Shown piece by piece: positions 29,229 to 40,979 of a DNA stretch of 64,000 bases; positions within the stretch are counted from its first letter, which is position 1; the number at the start of each line of letters is the position of its first letter. The stretch comes from Candidatus Bathyarchaeota archaeon. Lineage in GTDB: Archaea; Thermoproteota; Bathyarchaeia; 40CM-2-53-6. The stretch lies in the NCBI GenBank assembly GCA_963706285.1, contig CAVPLU010000012.1, positions 109,344-173,343 on the forward strand, given 5' to 3'. A program made the position numbers and the translations under genes. Below the pieces are notes generated by a model. It saw only the letters and a program-made list of their open reading frames with translations, ran no database searches and was not told the origin of the DNA.

Positions 29229-30461
29229 CTAGTAGACTTTCTCTTCGGTCCGTTGCGCTTCCGGAGCATCTGCTTCAGTCTCCCGCACTTGCGATTTCGT
29301 CGCAAGAAGTTCGCGGTAGTACTCGTGTTGTATTATGAGATCCATGACTTCATTCGTTCCAGTCCAGATCATGATCAGCCTCGTGTCTCGCAGGAGACGC
29401 TCGATTGGGTAGACGTTGGTGTAGCCTATGCCGCCCATAATTTGCATGGCATGGTTGATCACCTGCCAAGCTGCATCAGTCGAGAATTTCTTTGCTTCGG
29501 AAACCAAACGTCGGCAGCGGCCTGGATCATCGTTCGCGTCTACGCAGCTGGCAGCAGCATGCACAAGTCCTCGTGCAGCATCAAGCAAGGTAACAGAATC
29601 AGCCACTTTGAAACTGACTGCTTGGAACCTGCGTATGTTCTCGCCGAATGCCTTGCGTTTGTCTGAATATCGTGCCGCAACTTCGAGCCCGGCGCGCCCC
29701 ATTCCGATGGCTCCGGCGGCGCTGGTCATCCGCTCCGGAATCATCATACGGTAGAAGATGTCGCTCGCACAGTTCTCCTTGCCAACGAGGTTCTGGGCGG
29801 GCACTTCGACGTCGCGTAAGACTAGACGTCCAGTTCCGCCACCTCTGGTTCCCAGCAACCCGTAGAGGTATTCTGCGTCGACCCCCGTTCCTCGCTCGAC
29901 AATGAACGCACTGATTGACTGGTGTGGTGGACCGTCAGGCTTGGTTCGGGCGTAAACTAGGAAAAAGTCGGATTTCGCTGCCCCCACAATGAAACGTTTC
30001 TCACCGCGTAAAACGTAGTAGTCGCCTTTTCGTCGGGCCTCGGTCGTTGTTCCGAAAAAGTCTGAACCGCCTCGTGGTTCAGTCAAAGCTTCAGCGGCAA
30101 CCCTCTCACCAGCTACCAGCGGCGTAAGCCAGTGTTCCTTCTGTTCGTCAGTTCCGAATGCGTTAAGCGCCTCACCGACGATGCTTGGCATCACATAGGC
30201 GCAGGCAAGTGATGTACCAAGGACGCCGACTTCTTCTATTGCAACAATCTCGTCCTTCCACCCGAGTCCTCGGCCGCCGTACTTTGAGGGGAAACGTAAA
30301 CCCAAAAGTCCTCGCCGTCCGGCTTCTCGAACATAGTCGCGCGGGTATTGTATTCGGTCAGCATCCATGTCTAGGATCAGCTGACGAGGCACAGACCGGA
30401 CGAACTCTCGGACCTCATCCCGTAACTTCCGCTGATCCGCGGTCAATATTGGCTCAAACAT
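29229..30461 (-). CDS. acyl-CoA dehydrogenase
   Basis: [41 protein letters not shown]. Confidence 0.92.
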   Translation of the reverse strand: MFEPILTADQRKLRDEVREFVRSVPRQLILDMDADRIQYPRDYVREAGRRGLLGLRFPSKYGGRGLGWKDEIVAIEEVGVLGTSLACAYVMPSIVGEALNAFGTDEQKEHWLTPLVAGERVAAEALTEPRGGSDFFGTTTEARRKGDYYVLRGEKRFIVGAAKSDFFLVYARTKPDGPPHQSISAFIVERGTGVDAEYLYGLLGTRGGGTGRLVLRDVEVPAQNLVGKENCASDIFYRMMIPERMTSAAGAIGMGRAGLEVAARYSDKRKAFGENIRRFQAVSFKVADSVTLLDAARGLVHAAASCVDANDDPGRCRRLVSEAKKFSTDAAWQVINHAMQIMGGIGYTNVYPIERLLRDTRLIMIWTGTNEVMDLIIQHEYYRELLATKSQVRETEADAPEAQRTEEKVY

Positions 30462-30785
30462 GATCACCCATTTGCAGCTGAATCATATTTGTAGTAGTAT
30501 CCAAGTCGGAGAGAACGATACGAGTGTGTACGAAGTAAAACCACAGCTGCAGCTAATGGTAACGATACTACAACCTTACCAAGCTTAGCGTGCCGCACTT
30601 TCAATGAGTTCGGGATGCATGAAAGATCTAGCAGGGGGAGGAGACTGACTCGAGGCTTGAGATGCCTCTTAGCAGCAACTCCTGGCAAATCTGTAGACTG
30701 CTAGGAGCTGTGAAGGAGCCCTGTAAGAGTGAAGGATAAAGACTCTTCCAAGACTTAAGAAGGGAATCCTAGGATACGTGAAACC

Positions 30786-32039
30786 ATGCCCTCGAAAGTA
30801 AAGGATCCATCTCTTTCGCAACAAGGAATGCTCAAAATAGAATGGGCAGAATCTCGTATGCCTGTCCTTATGGCTTTGAGAAAGAAAGCATTGAGAAATC
30901 GACCGTTGAAAGGTATGAGAATCGGCGGTTGCCTTCACGTTACGAAAGAGACGGCAGTTCTGGTAAGAGCTATCCGAGATGCAGGCGCAGAGGCGGCTTG
31001 GTGTGGCTGTAACCCGCTTTCGACCCAAGATGATGTCGCTGCCGCATTGGCGAAGGAAGGCGTGTCCGTGTTCGCTTGGCGAGGATTGTCCACACCTGAG
31101 TACTACTGGTGCGTCAACCAAGTGCTTGACTGCAAACCTCAGCTCACGCTTGACGACGGAGCCGATTTGGTCTTCACGATTCATCAAGAACGAGCCGATC
31201 AGATAAGCGGAGTAATCGGGGGAACTGAAGAAACCACAACGGGCGTTCATCGCCTCCGCGCCATGGCAGATCAAGGCAATCTGAAATATCCGATTATGGC
31301 AGTGAACGACGCCAAAGTCAAGTCTGATTTCGACAACGTCTATGGAACGGGCCAGTCTTCTCTGGACGGAATCCTGAGAGCTACAAACGTGCTCCTGAGC
31401 GGTAAGAGTTTCGTGGTCGCAGGATACGGACACTGCGGACGAGGTCTGGCAACCAGAGCAAAGGGGATGGGATCCAATGTCATCGTCTGCGAGGTCGATC
31501 CTTTGAATGCTCTCAAGGCAGCAATGGATGGCTTTCGGGTCATGCCGATGGCCGAAGCTGCCGCTGTGGGAGACATTTTCGTCACAGCAACCGGCTGCAA
31601 AGATGTCATCACCGAGAAACAGATGAAACGCATGAAAGACGGATCCATTCTCTGTAACACAGGTCACTTCAATGTTGAGATCGCAGTGAAAGACCTTGAA
31701 CGTTTGGCAAAGAAGAAGCGGGAAATCAGACCAAACAACGTAGAGTACACGTTGCGAGATGGTCGCAGGATCTATCTTCTTGCCGACGGAAGGCTTGTCA
31801 ATCTAGGTGCAGCGGAAGGGCATCCTTCGGAGGTAATGGACATGAGCTTCGCTACCCAGTTCATGTCGCTGATCTACTTAGCTGAGAAAGGTAGAGACCT
31901 TCAACCCGGGGTGTATCCGGTTCCGGAAGAACATGAACGAGAGATCGCAAGGACAAAGCTTGCAACTATGGGAATGAAGATAGACACTTTGACAGGCGAC
32001 CAAGATCGTTACTTGCATGACTACCGCGAAGGCACTTAG
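30786..32039 (+). CDS. ahcY: adenosylhomocysteinase
   Basis: CNPLSTQD, EETTTG, FDNVYGTGQS, GRLVNLGAAEGHP. Confidence 0.97.
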   Translation: MPSKVKDPSLSQQGMLKIEWAESRMPVLMALRKKALRNRPLKGMRIGGCLHVTKETAVLVRAIRDAGAEAAWCGCNPLSTQDDVAAALAKEGVSVFAWRGLSTPEYYWCVNQVLDCKPQLTLDDGADLVFTIHQERADQISGVIGGTEETTTGVHRLRAMADQGNLKYPIMAVNDAKVKSDFDNVYGTGQSSLDGILRATNVLLSGKSFVVAGYGHCGRGLATRAKGMGSNVIVCEVDPLNALKAAMDGFRVMPMAEAAAVGDIFVTATGCKDVITEKQMKRMKDGSILCNTGHFNVEIAVKDLERLAKKKREIRPNNVEYTLRDGRRIYLLADGRLVNLGAAEGHPSEVMDMSFATQFMSLIYLAEKGRDLQPGVYPVPEEHEREIARTKLATMGMKIDTLTGDQDRYLHDYREGT

Positions 32040-32053
32040 CTGGAACCCGAAAC

Positions 32054-33022
32054 CTATAGCGTGACTTTGACTCTGCCCTCTTCAGATTCTCTAACGAGAA
32101 CCAGCGAGACGCTATCGCCGGCTTTTCGCGTTCTTATCTCTTTCTGAAGATCTTCCATAGAAGTCACCTCTTTGTCACCAATTGCGACTATTACATCGCC
32201 TGAGCGCAATTGTGCGCGTTCTGCTGGGCTTTCTGGGATGATTTGCATCACGATCACTCCAGAATCAGCTGCCAAATTGAACCTTCGTGCGACTTCTCGG
32301 GAAACGTCGAGCCCAATGACTCCTAACCAAGGTCGGGTGACCCGACCATATTTCACAATATCTTCTAGCACCGCTTTTGCTGTATTGACCGGAATTGCGA
32401 ACCCTATGCCTTGAGCTCCGGGGATGTGAGCGGTGTTGATTCCAATCACTTTGCCTGCCAAGTTGAGCAATGGGCCGCCGCTATTGCCGGGGTTGATTGA
32501 TGCGTCTGTCTGAATCAAGTTCTCGTACACTCTTTCTGCTAGAATATGGCGGTTCAGAGCGCTGACAACGCCGACTGTGACCGAGGGACCGCCGACCAGT
32601 CCAAACGGGTTCCCGATAGCGATCACTGTTTGTCCTACTCGCAGTTCACTTGAATCTCCCAGCTCGGCGAGAGGCAAATCGCGTGCATTGATTCTCACAA
32701 CGGAAAGATCGTTGGCGGGATCTGAGCCTACCAGTTTTCCCTCGAACGCTCTGCCGTCTGTCAAAGCGACCTCGATCTCACCTGAACCAATAGTGATGTG
32801 ATGATTAGTCAGTATGTGTCCTTGATCGTCAATTATGAATCCTGAACCGAGCCCGCGAGCCGGATGCACATGGAGGAACGCGTCCCTTTCAAAGCGAATA
32901 GTATTGATGTTGACCACGCTTGTCTCAACTTTTGCTATCGCTGCGATAACATCGTCATCGTTTGGCACTAGCCATTCCTCGCTCAGCACATAGGGCGTCT
33001 GCTGAAAAAGGTGCCGAGACAC
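32054..33022 (-). CDS. HtrA/DegP-type serine protease with PDZ domain (start uncertain)
   Basis: GSGFII, LTNHH, DLSV, IQTDASINPGNSGGPL, RPWLGV. Confidence 0.92.
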   Translation of the reverse strand: MSRHLFQQTPYVLSEEWLVPNDDDVIAAIAKVETSVVNINTIRFERDAFLHVHPARGLGSGFIIDDQGHILTNHHITIGSGEIEVALTDGRAFEGKLVGSDPANDLSVVRINARDLPLAELGDSSELRVGQTVIAIGNPFGLVGGPSVTVGVVSALNRHILAERVYENLIQTDASINPGNSGGPLLNLAGKVIGINTAHIPGAQGIGFAIPVNTAKAVLEDIVKYGRVTRPWLGVIGLDVSREVARRFNLAADSGVIVMQIIPESPAERAQLRSGDVIVAIGDKEVTSMEDLQKEIRTRKAGDSVSLVLVRESEEGRVKVTL

Positions 33023-33386
33023 TATCAGATCGGATCAGTCATGCTCAATTCTCATGCTCTTGCCCGAATAATATTGTCTTCACGATTTTCAGAACGAATA
33101 CGCGCTTTTTGGGCGCACAGTGTTACCGATTCACGGCATCATTGACCTTTTAGGCCTATAAGTGCCTCTAAATCTGAATTAGATGCTATTTTACGAGCTA
33201 ATGAGCTGCTACGAGGGCCTCAACTTCAGGGCTATATCGTCCTTTTGGAGAATATTTATATCAGACGATTATGACGCTAATATGCCTTCCGACCAAATGG
33301 CCGCCTTCCGTTCCCGAAAGCGTTGTGGAGGTTCGTTTTGGCGACAGATGGTGCAGGCACGTCATAGTATGAAGAGTGGAGAAGAA

Positions 33387-34313
33387 ATGGCCGCAACAAC
33401 CAAGAAGATTGGAAAGATAACGAACTGCCCCGAGTGCGCGAGCAGCAACCTTGTCGAGGACTTTGACCTAGGCGAGGTTATCTGTCAGAATTGCGGCCTC
33501 GTTCTGAGTGAGCATGCAATCAATCGTGGACCCGAGTGGCGGGCTTTTACAAAAGAAGAGAGAGATGAAAGGGGGCGCGTCGGCCTTCCGACTTCATTCT
33601 CTATTCACGACAAGGGCCTCTCGACTGTCATCGACAGAGTAAATCGAGATGCCTATGGACGTCAGTTGCCTCTGGCGACACGCCTTGAGATGCTGAGGCT
33701 TCGAAAATGGCAGATCAGGACACGCGTTCATTCATCCGCTGATCGAAACCTTGCTCAGGCAATGGCTGACTTGGACAGACTAACCGACAAGCTTCACATC
33801 CCCAACCCCATCAAGGAGAGAGCTGCCGTCATCTACCGGAAAGCTCTAGAGAGCGGACTTGTAAGGGGAAGATCGATCGCTGCAATCGCAGCAGCCTCTC
33901 TCTATGCCGCATGCAGACTTTCGGAGACACCAAGGACACTCAAAGATCTCGCCGCAGCTACCCGCATACGCAAGAAAGACGTCGCTCGATGCTACCGACT
34001 TCTCGTGAGAGAGCTTGACCTAAGAATGCCAGTCGAAGATCCGGTCAAATGTGTTTCAAAGATCGCAACGAAAGTCGATATCAGTATGCCGACACAACGA
34101 CGAGCCATGGACATTATCAACGAAGCACGAAGGAAAGGAATTGTTGCAGGCAAGGACCCGATGGGTCTAGCCGCCGCAGCACTGTATGTTGCATGCGTGC
34201 TGGAGCAAGAGAAGAAAACTCAGAAAGAGATCGCTGAAGTCGCGAATGTGACCGAGGTCACCGTCCGCAATAGATACAAGGGGCTCAAGGAATCTCTCAA
34301 GCTCAACGTGTAA
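33387..34313 (+). CDS. tfb: transcription initiation factor IIB
   Basis: Zn ribbon CPEC...CQNCG, GPEWRAF, two cyclin repeats, VTEVTVRNRYK; T-tract at ~34337 downstream. Confidence 0.97.
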   Translation: MAATTKKIGKITNCPECASSNLVEDFDLGEVICQNCGLVLSEHAINRGPEWRAFTKEERDERGRVGLPTSFSIHDKGLSTVIDRVNRDAYGRQLPLATRLEMLRLRKWQIRTRVHSSADRNLAQAMADLDRLTDKLHIPNPIKERAAVIYRKALESGLVRGRSIAAIAAASLYAACRLSETPRTLKDLAAATRIRKKDVARCYRLLVRELDLRMPVEDPVKCVSKIATKVDISMPTQRRAMDIINEARRKGIVAGKDPMGLAAAALYVACVLEQEKKTQKEIAEVANVTEVTVRNRYKGLKESLKLNV

Positions 34314-34484
34314 CTGGGCAGTTCGTTATCACACCCTTTTTTTCTTTGGCATCCTCTGTTGCCGAGGAATGGAATGCCACACGTTGCCCGGCAAGTCAAG
34401 GATTTGTCATTCGCAACTGCTTATCGTACGAGCCGCAATTAGTCAGCAGGCCCGCTGACCGTGATGAACACCAGATGGATCCTG

Positions 34485-34715
34485 CTATGTGACCTGTTCT
34501 TTGTTATCGGAAGCTTCTTGAACAGAGTCCGGCAATTTAACCTCTAGAACTAGTCTTCCTGCGTAGCCGCATTGATTGCACAGATACAGTGGCGGCATGA
34601 GCCACCCGTCCATCCCGCTTGATTTGCGGATGTTCAGACTTCCACATCTCGGACATGCTGCGGTGGATTCACTGCGACCCTTTAGCGACTTAACTACCTC
34701 GATGAAACGGTTCAC
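34485..34715 (-). CDS. small zinc-ribbon protein
   Basis: CPRCGS...YLCNQCGY. Confidence 0.75.
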   Translation of the reverse strand: MNRFIEVVKSLKGRSESTAACPRCGSLNIRKSSGMDGWLMPPLYLCNQCGYAGRLVLEVKLPDSVQEASDNKEQVT

Positions 34716-34739
34716 CTTTGCATCCCGGCAAATGATCGC

Positions 34740-35048
34740 TTAGTGTATCTCGATGCTTGTTTCAGGAAAGCCTTGTTGTACGAGTATTTTTCGAACTTTG
34801 TCGCGATGATCGCCCTGCAGTAGTATCAGGCTGTCTTTTGCAGTTCCTCCGCATGCACAATAACTCTTGAGTTTCCCAGCCAGACCGTTGAGGTCAACGC
34901 TCTTGGCGTCGATTCCTTCAATGACTGTGGTGGGTTTACCCCATTTCCTTGTCTCAAGGCGGACCTTCACAAGCTGTTGTTCCATGCTGATGGTGCCGCA
35001 TACGCAAAGATCCTTTGGGAGACCGCAGGTCGAACAGACATCCGCCAT
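34740..35048 (-). CDS. translation initiation factor aIF1 (SUI1)
   Basis: CSTCGLPKDLCVC, LKSYCACGGT, LQGDHR. Confidence 0.95.
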   Translation of the reverse strand: MADVCSTCGLPKDLCVCGTISMEQQLVKVRLETRKWGKPTTVIEGIDAKSVDLNGLAGKLKSYCACGGTAKDSLILLQGDHRDKVRKILVQQGFPETSIEIH

Positions 35049-35217
35049 TATGGGACTCTAATGCTCCTTGACTTGGTGACCAGGCGTTAGCACTTAGAAC
35101 GTATTTAAAGGTACTCACATATTCAACCTTCACGATCTTTCCTGAAAAGTAGAGGTTCGAGATAGAATTCCTTCCACACGAATCTTTTTTCGAATCGATC
35201 TGAGGTTCTTGCTACGG

Positions 35218-36392
35218 ATGTCTTTGCCTGCGAATCTCACGGCTGAAGCGAAAGCCAAGTGGAACAAGGCTCAGCAGGCAAGAACAATCAAAGAGAAGAT
35301 CATAGCGCTGCAGGAATTCTTATCTGCAATTCCAAAACACAAGGGAAACGAACGCCTTCGTGCACAGACAAAGCGGAAGATTGCTCTACTGAAAGCGGAA
35401 ACCCAGGCCAAGCGCAAGCCAGTAGGGATTAGGATTGCCGAACGAGGCATACAAGAAGGCTGGCGCCGCACAGATCGTGATCCTTGGGCTAACGAAAGTC
35501 GGACGAAGCAGTTTGCTAGGCGCCGTCACTGGCGCCAAACCGGTTGTGGCATCGTATCCGTACGCCACTAAAGAGAGCGTGCCTGGAATGCTGCGATTCG
35601 AGGACGTGCAGTTTCAACTCGTTGAGCTTCCGGCTCTCGTGCCAGGAAACGAGGAGGAATTTGTGTTTCAGGAAGGCTCCGCGGATCTAGTCCGCAACTC
35701 TGATGGCCTCATCGTGATGGTAGACCTAGGTGCTGATCCTGTCAAACAGTTGGACGTCATACTCGCTGAACTTGTGCGCTCGCAAGTCAGCCCAGAGAAG
35801 TTGGAATCGAATGCAGGCATTTCCAAAACGAGATCTGGGGGCGTGCACCTTGTCACCACTGGTCGCCTCTTGGCTGCACACGCGAAGAAATCGCGTCATT
35901 GCTGAAGAACTACGGTATCTCGAACGCAATTGTCCGAACAACGGGAGATGTGACACTTGACAATATCGAGGATGTGATTCTTGAAACCAACCTCGTCTAC
36001 AAACCTACAGTTGTCATTGCCAACAAGGCAGATTTGCCGCATGCTTTGGAAAGACATAGACAACTTCTGGACATCGTGGGCTCGAAGATGCATATTCTTG
36101 CGGTTTCATCCCACACTGGGATTGGACTCTCAAGTATTGGAAGGAACTCTTTGAGGCCTTGGATCTTGTCCGAGTCTATACTAGAGAACCGAATGCCACT
36201 CGTCCGTCACCCGACCCCTTCATCATTGGGAAAGGCTCAACGGTTGGGGAGCTAACTCACAAGATACACAGCGCACTCTTCAATGATTTTGGGTACACGC
36301 GAATTTGGGGCAAGAGTGTAAGCTATGGTGGGGAACGCGTTGGAATCGGGCACATCCTCTCCGACGGGGACGTTGTGGAGATACACGCGTGA
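35218..36392 (+). CDS. DRG/OBG-family GTPase with TGS domain; three frameshifts
   Basis: PANLT, IPKHKG, GLTKVGRSSL, YPYAT, ANKAD, C-terminal TGS (RVG..H.L.DGDVVEIH). Confidence 0.88.
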
Positions 36393-36419
36393 ATGACTTC
36401 AGGAGCACATAGTCGCCGG

Positions 36420-36509
36420 TTAGATTGTCGAGCGACGACGTCTCTTGATGTTTTTTACGCGCCAGAATCCGCTTGCGTCGCGGTAGTATTCGAAAGATTC
36501 CATTGACAT
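36420..36509 (-). CDS. candidate 29-aa basic microprotein
   Basis: MSMESFEYYRDASGFWRVKNIKRRRRSTI*, preceded by GTGAGG; below the ORF-track cutoff. Confidence 0.35.
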   Translation of the reverse strand: MSMESFEYYRDASGFWRVKNIKRRRRSTI

Positions 36510-36792
36510 AATTTCGCCTCACACTATACTACGTCAAATTGTGACTTATTCCTTGGATCATCTTCTACAGCTGATCCGCAATCGAAATAGCCAGAAAACG
36601 CATGGCTCACCTGCACATATGCGTCAACGCAACTGGGAACGCATGCCTAGGATTCGCAGATGAGGCTCAACAACTAAACTGACTGAGCAACTCCACTTCG
36701 ATGAATCAACGGTATTTTTGCTTATATCGTATGCTCACTTGATATGCAATCTAGGTCGGATAGGAACGCGGTGTCGCAGCGCGACCAGACAC

Positions 36793-39273
36793 CTATCTCC
36801 TGAGGATCCCAAGTATGCCGGCGATGATTCCGAGGATTCCCCCTGCCAGGAATCCTCCACCTATGATGAAACTCAGCACGGCGAACGGGAATGTTATTAG
36901 CGCTCCAATTGGGCCGCGCCTCATTAGCATCATGAAACCACCGGTCATTATAGTGAATCCAGCGATGAGGCCGATGAGAAAAGCGATCGACTGTCCCAGA
37001 CCAGATGGACCTCCCAACCACCAGAATATTCCGGACCAGTTGGTCGGCGCACCCCAGAAGCCAGGCGAGAGTAATGCCGCGGCATTAAGGAGTATCAGCA
37101 CCGCGGACGCCATTGCTAAAACGAAAGCCCAAATCGCTCTCCTTCCGGTGAACGTTGGGAGCAATTGCCTTGAGACCACAGCGGGGCCCGCGACCAAGCC
37201 CGTGCCGACCATTGCTCGCCTGTATCTGCAGTATGGACAGTACACAGCGTGAATACCAATCGGTCTCCCGCAGCGTGGACACCGTACGCGTTGTGCATCC
37301 GCGGGAACAACATACATCGGCCTAGCGGGGACTATTACTGGCGCCGCGGGAACGCACACGGGTCGAACTGGGGGCGGTCCTCGCCGCCGTGATGACGCGG
37401 CAAATGCGAGAAGACCAAGTGCAATCCCCAACGCGGCCATCAGCAGAAGTAGCAGTAGCGTGATCAGTGGGATACCCCCCGGCGGCGGCACGACTTTCAC
37501 AATAGTAAGAGTGAATGGCGTTGATCTCGTCGCGGTGCCATTTGAGCCAGTTATGATGAGCGGATAGGTGCCGTTGACTGCGTCTGGACCGACGCAGAAT
37601 CTCATTATTGAGCTAGCGGTGCTTCCCGGCAAAGGCTTGGGCGCAGGAGGGTTGAAAGTCACTGTCACATGCTCCGGCACACCGGTCACATTGAGCGTTA
37701 CATTCTGATTGAACGCCGCGATCGAGGTGACTGTAACGATCGCTGTCTTACATTCCGTCGCATTGATAGTCAGTAGAGTTCGGGGAGACGGATATTCCGA
37801 AATCGGTTGGGCGTCCGATCACATTCAAGGTGACAAGAGTCCATTTCGGTGTGAGAGATGTGGATGATGGAGGATATCCGGTGACATTGAGGACGTAGCT
37901 TCCAATCGGAGTTGCGATTGGCACGTTGACTGTCAAGGTCGAGGTGGCGATCCCGCCTTCCGGCGGCTGTGGCGCTGACGGGCTAAATGTGGCCGTTGCC
38001 CCAGCAGGAAGGCCCGTGACTCCGAGAGTTGTGGAAGAATTGTAGATACCGAATGCTCTGACGGTGATTGTGTAGCTTGCCGAACTGCCCTGAACAACTG
38101 TGACAGATGCTGGAGCAGCTTCCACTGAGAAAGTCGCTGGGCGGAGGACCGTGGACAAACTTGTTGCCGTAGATCTGGTGTACAGCATAGTAACCGTTGT
38201 CGCCAACAGTCGCCCGGTCCTGTTGTTGTGGATGGAAAGCGAGACCCTCCACAATCCCAGCCCCATATTGGAAGTAGAACGCTAGAATTGCGTATTCATT
38301 GCTGAAGACTGCCGAAGTTGTTCGAGTCGGCGAGGATCCGTACATCATTCACTCTGCCCGCTGGCACCGACGAAACAACATAACCCTGGGATTCGGTAAA
38401 GACGTTAATCTCATTGGGTCGCGGGAGAGGATTGTAGTATTGACTCGGAAACTCCGGTATGAGTCTGTCGGCCGAGGCACCGTACTTCGCGGGGTCGTAC
38501 TTTCTAGGCGGATTATATGCGTAGGCAGATGCGACTCTGTCAGTCGGCTGGAGCCCTGAAATCGTTACGTATCCCGGAAATGTCGAGTCAAGGTCCAGCA
38601 ATGCACGATCAGTGAAGATCACTTCGTTGCCAGTGGTGACCTGGCTTCTGAGATTGCTGGCAATCTGACCTGGAATGAAACCATTCCAACCATTACAGTC
38701 CACAACAATCAGCGAGTAGCTGAATATGATGTTTGGATTTGCCTCAAGCTCACCGTGACTGATAGCGTCATAGGGTATTTGCATCTCATCGAGGGTGACA
38801 TCAGTTCGTTCCCCAAGGAGGGTTCGCCCCTTACGAGCGAGGATCTTCGTTGGCTGTCCTGACTCTGAATATGTTGTTCAACACTTGCTGTGATGTGAGC
38901 ACCCCGACTGTTACAGTCTCAAAGCCCGGTGTGCTTCTTCACCTGGGCTACCTTTGCCGCGTCAGTCGGAAGGACTAGGAATGGCCCGCCAAGGAAGACT
39001 GCTGGCGATGCGGTCATGTTAGTGGATAGAGTGACGTTTGGCGGCTCTATCACTCTGAACAGCGGAATTCGGTTCGGATCACGCAAGAAGGGCGTGCACG
39101 AATCCGAAGACCAAGATCCTTTCTGCTTGTTTATCATCCATCGGAATTACGAGCGTGCCGGCCGGAAAAGATAGGCCATTCTCCAAAGGTGGAAGGGCAA
39201 ACGCTACTGGCATAAGTGTGGAGGCTATAGCAAGCGCTATCACAAGAACTGCCACTACAATCCTACGTCGCAT
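36793..39273 (-). CDS. large multidomain surface/membrane protein; several frameshifts
   Basis: Signal peptide, FPAGTLVIPMD domain, two Thr/Ser-rich Ig-like repeats, TM, Pro-rich linker, CPRCG/CPYC zinc ribbon, 3-4 further TM helices. Confidence 0.75.
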
Positions 39274-39615
39274 CTGGATACAAGCTCCAAACGTTTTGCT
39301 ACTGGTAACCTGAAGTTCTGTCGTGTCTAGACTGGTTCTGGAAGTCATTTAAGACTTGACGAGTTCCGCCTACTTACCTAAGACCTGTTTTCGCCTGCGA
39401 ACAAGTCATATTTCATGCTCGCTTGACTTGAATGTGCTGATCTTGAACCGTTTGGGGGCTTGCCATAGTCAGAAAAGCATGATCATTTGCGTCAATTCCC
39501 TACGCCACAGAGGCCCATTGGCATGAGAGCCTCTCAGGGTTGCCTCATTAATGAGCCGATCAGCTCCCGGAAGCCGTTCAGGCGAGAGATGGACTCCATT
39601 GTCCGCGTTCTTGGC

Positions 39616-40176
39616 TTAGGCCTTGAACCAGCGGAAGACCAGATAGTCCATCTTGGCTTTCTTCTTCTTCGGAACTGCGATGGTGAATTGTTTTCTCACA
39701 GTGGTCGCAAGTCTACCGGCTAGCACAATCTCGAACGGACCCATCTTGTCGTTCTCGGTTCTTCCGGTCACTATGAAGGGCGCATGGTCAATGCCGGGGC
39801 CATGCTCATAGACGGCAAAATCCGATCCGAATCGAATTCCTGGAGTAACGATGAATCCTTGATTGCGGAGGTCCTTGTAGACTGAATAGCCAAGTTCGAA
39901 GTTCTTGTATGTAACCGCAGCTAGCTTCATCAACCGAGCACGAGTTATCGGTTTTCTAGTTTTCGTGTCAATGACATTGATTCTCCTTTTCTCTTGAAGG
40001 TAGAGCGCCTCCATCATGTCCAAGACTAGGGGAGCAGAGAATTCCTGGTCCGGTTTGGGTTTTGGGATGCCAACCGGTTTTCCAAAGAATCCTTGTCGGT
40101 AGATGGCCACGCCGTCTCTGGGTTCCCATACAATGAGTCTTGTCCCTACGAGTTCAGCAACTGTCTTGCCAGGCAA
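39616..40176 (-). CDS. endA: tRNA-intron endonuclease, catalytic subunit
   Basis: VYKDLR, GIRFGSDFAVY, DHAPFIV, RLATTVRK (Tyr-His-Lys triad); loop GFFGKPVGIPKPK. Confidence 0.95.
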   Translation of the reverse strand: MPGKTVAELVGTRLIVWEPRDGVAIYRQGFFGKPVGIPKPKPDQEFSAPLVLDMMEALYLQEKRRINVIDTKTRKPITRARLMKLAAVTYKNFELGYSVYKDLRNQGFIVTPGIRFGSDFAVYEHGPGIDHAPFIVTGRTENDKMGPFEIVLAGRLATTVRKQFTIAVPKKKKAKMDYLVFRWFKA

Positions 40177-40187
40177 ATGGGAACCCT

Positions 40188-40847
40188 CTAGCCGGTCAAC
40201 GCGATTACTCTGATGAGGTCAACAACATCTACGCCGAGGTCGGCAATTTCCTCGGCTCGTTCTACGATGTCGCGCAAAAGGAAGATTTCGTGTAGGGGAA
40301 GCTTGCCCGATAGTATTTCAAAGTCGAGATTTCTAGAATTGATATCGATCTTTCTCTCAAGCTCCTCCACCGATTTGGACGATTCAACTGCCTTGTCGGG
40401 ATCGAACGCTAGGGAATGAAGAGTCTCCTTCATCCTTGTCACTTCGCTAAGAACGAGCGACAGTATCTTGGACAGGCTCTCCATGTATTTCTTCTCCAAC
40501 TTCCAGTTCCTGTCCGTTGCTCCCATTAACCGGAATCCCAAAGCCTCCGCGTAGTCTGCGATTGTGGTCATGCAAAACATCAGACGCAGGAAGTCTTCCC
40601 GACTGGTCAGAAGCGAACCTGCGGAAGCAACTTCCTCCAGCAAAGTGGTTCGAAGCTTGTCATTGTCGGCGATGAGCTTCAGCATTCCTTCATAGTGCGT
40701 CTTCGTAGCCCTAGGTTTCCTTTCAGCGACACTGTCAACCATGAGGGCAAGTTCTCGTACAATATCAACAATCGTTCGCGCTTGGCTCTGGCAGACGTCA
40801 AGTATCCTGCGTTTGATTGTGGGTTGGTTCTCGATGGGAAATGTCAT
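40188..40847 (-). CDS. DUF47 / PhoU-like protein
   Basis: All-helical repeat; REDF..L...IADYAE, ELERKID, E.IAD. Confidence 0.8.
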   Translation of the reverse strand: MTFPIENQPTIKRRILDVCQSQARTIVDIVRELALMVDSVAERKPRATKTHYEGMLKLIADNDKLRTTLLEEVASAGSLLTSREDFLRLMFCMTTIADYAEALGFRLMGATDRNWKLEKKYMESLSKILSLVLSEVTRMKETLHSLAFDPDKAVESSKSVEELERKIDINSRNLDFEILSGKLPLHEIFLLRDIVERAEEIADLGVDVVDLIRVIALTG

Positions 40848-40979
40848 TGACGTTCATCCTTTAGCTTGCTCAGATGGTCGCTATTCATTGTCTCCGACGC
40901 CAAATTAAAGGTCTCTCCTAGATCAAGCGACGGTCCGCTCAGCGCTCAATGTGCTTGCTGAGTGGTATCGGCTATGGGC

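Noticed and set aside
30669-31667. 332-aa minus-strand ORF
   Set aside because: It lies almost entirely antisense to ahcY and has no recognisable motifs.
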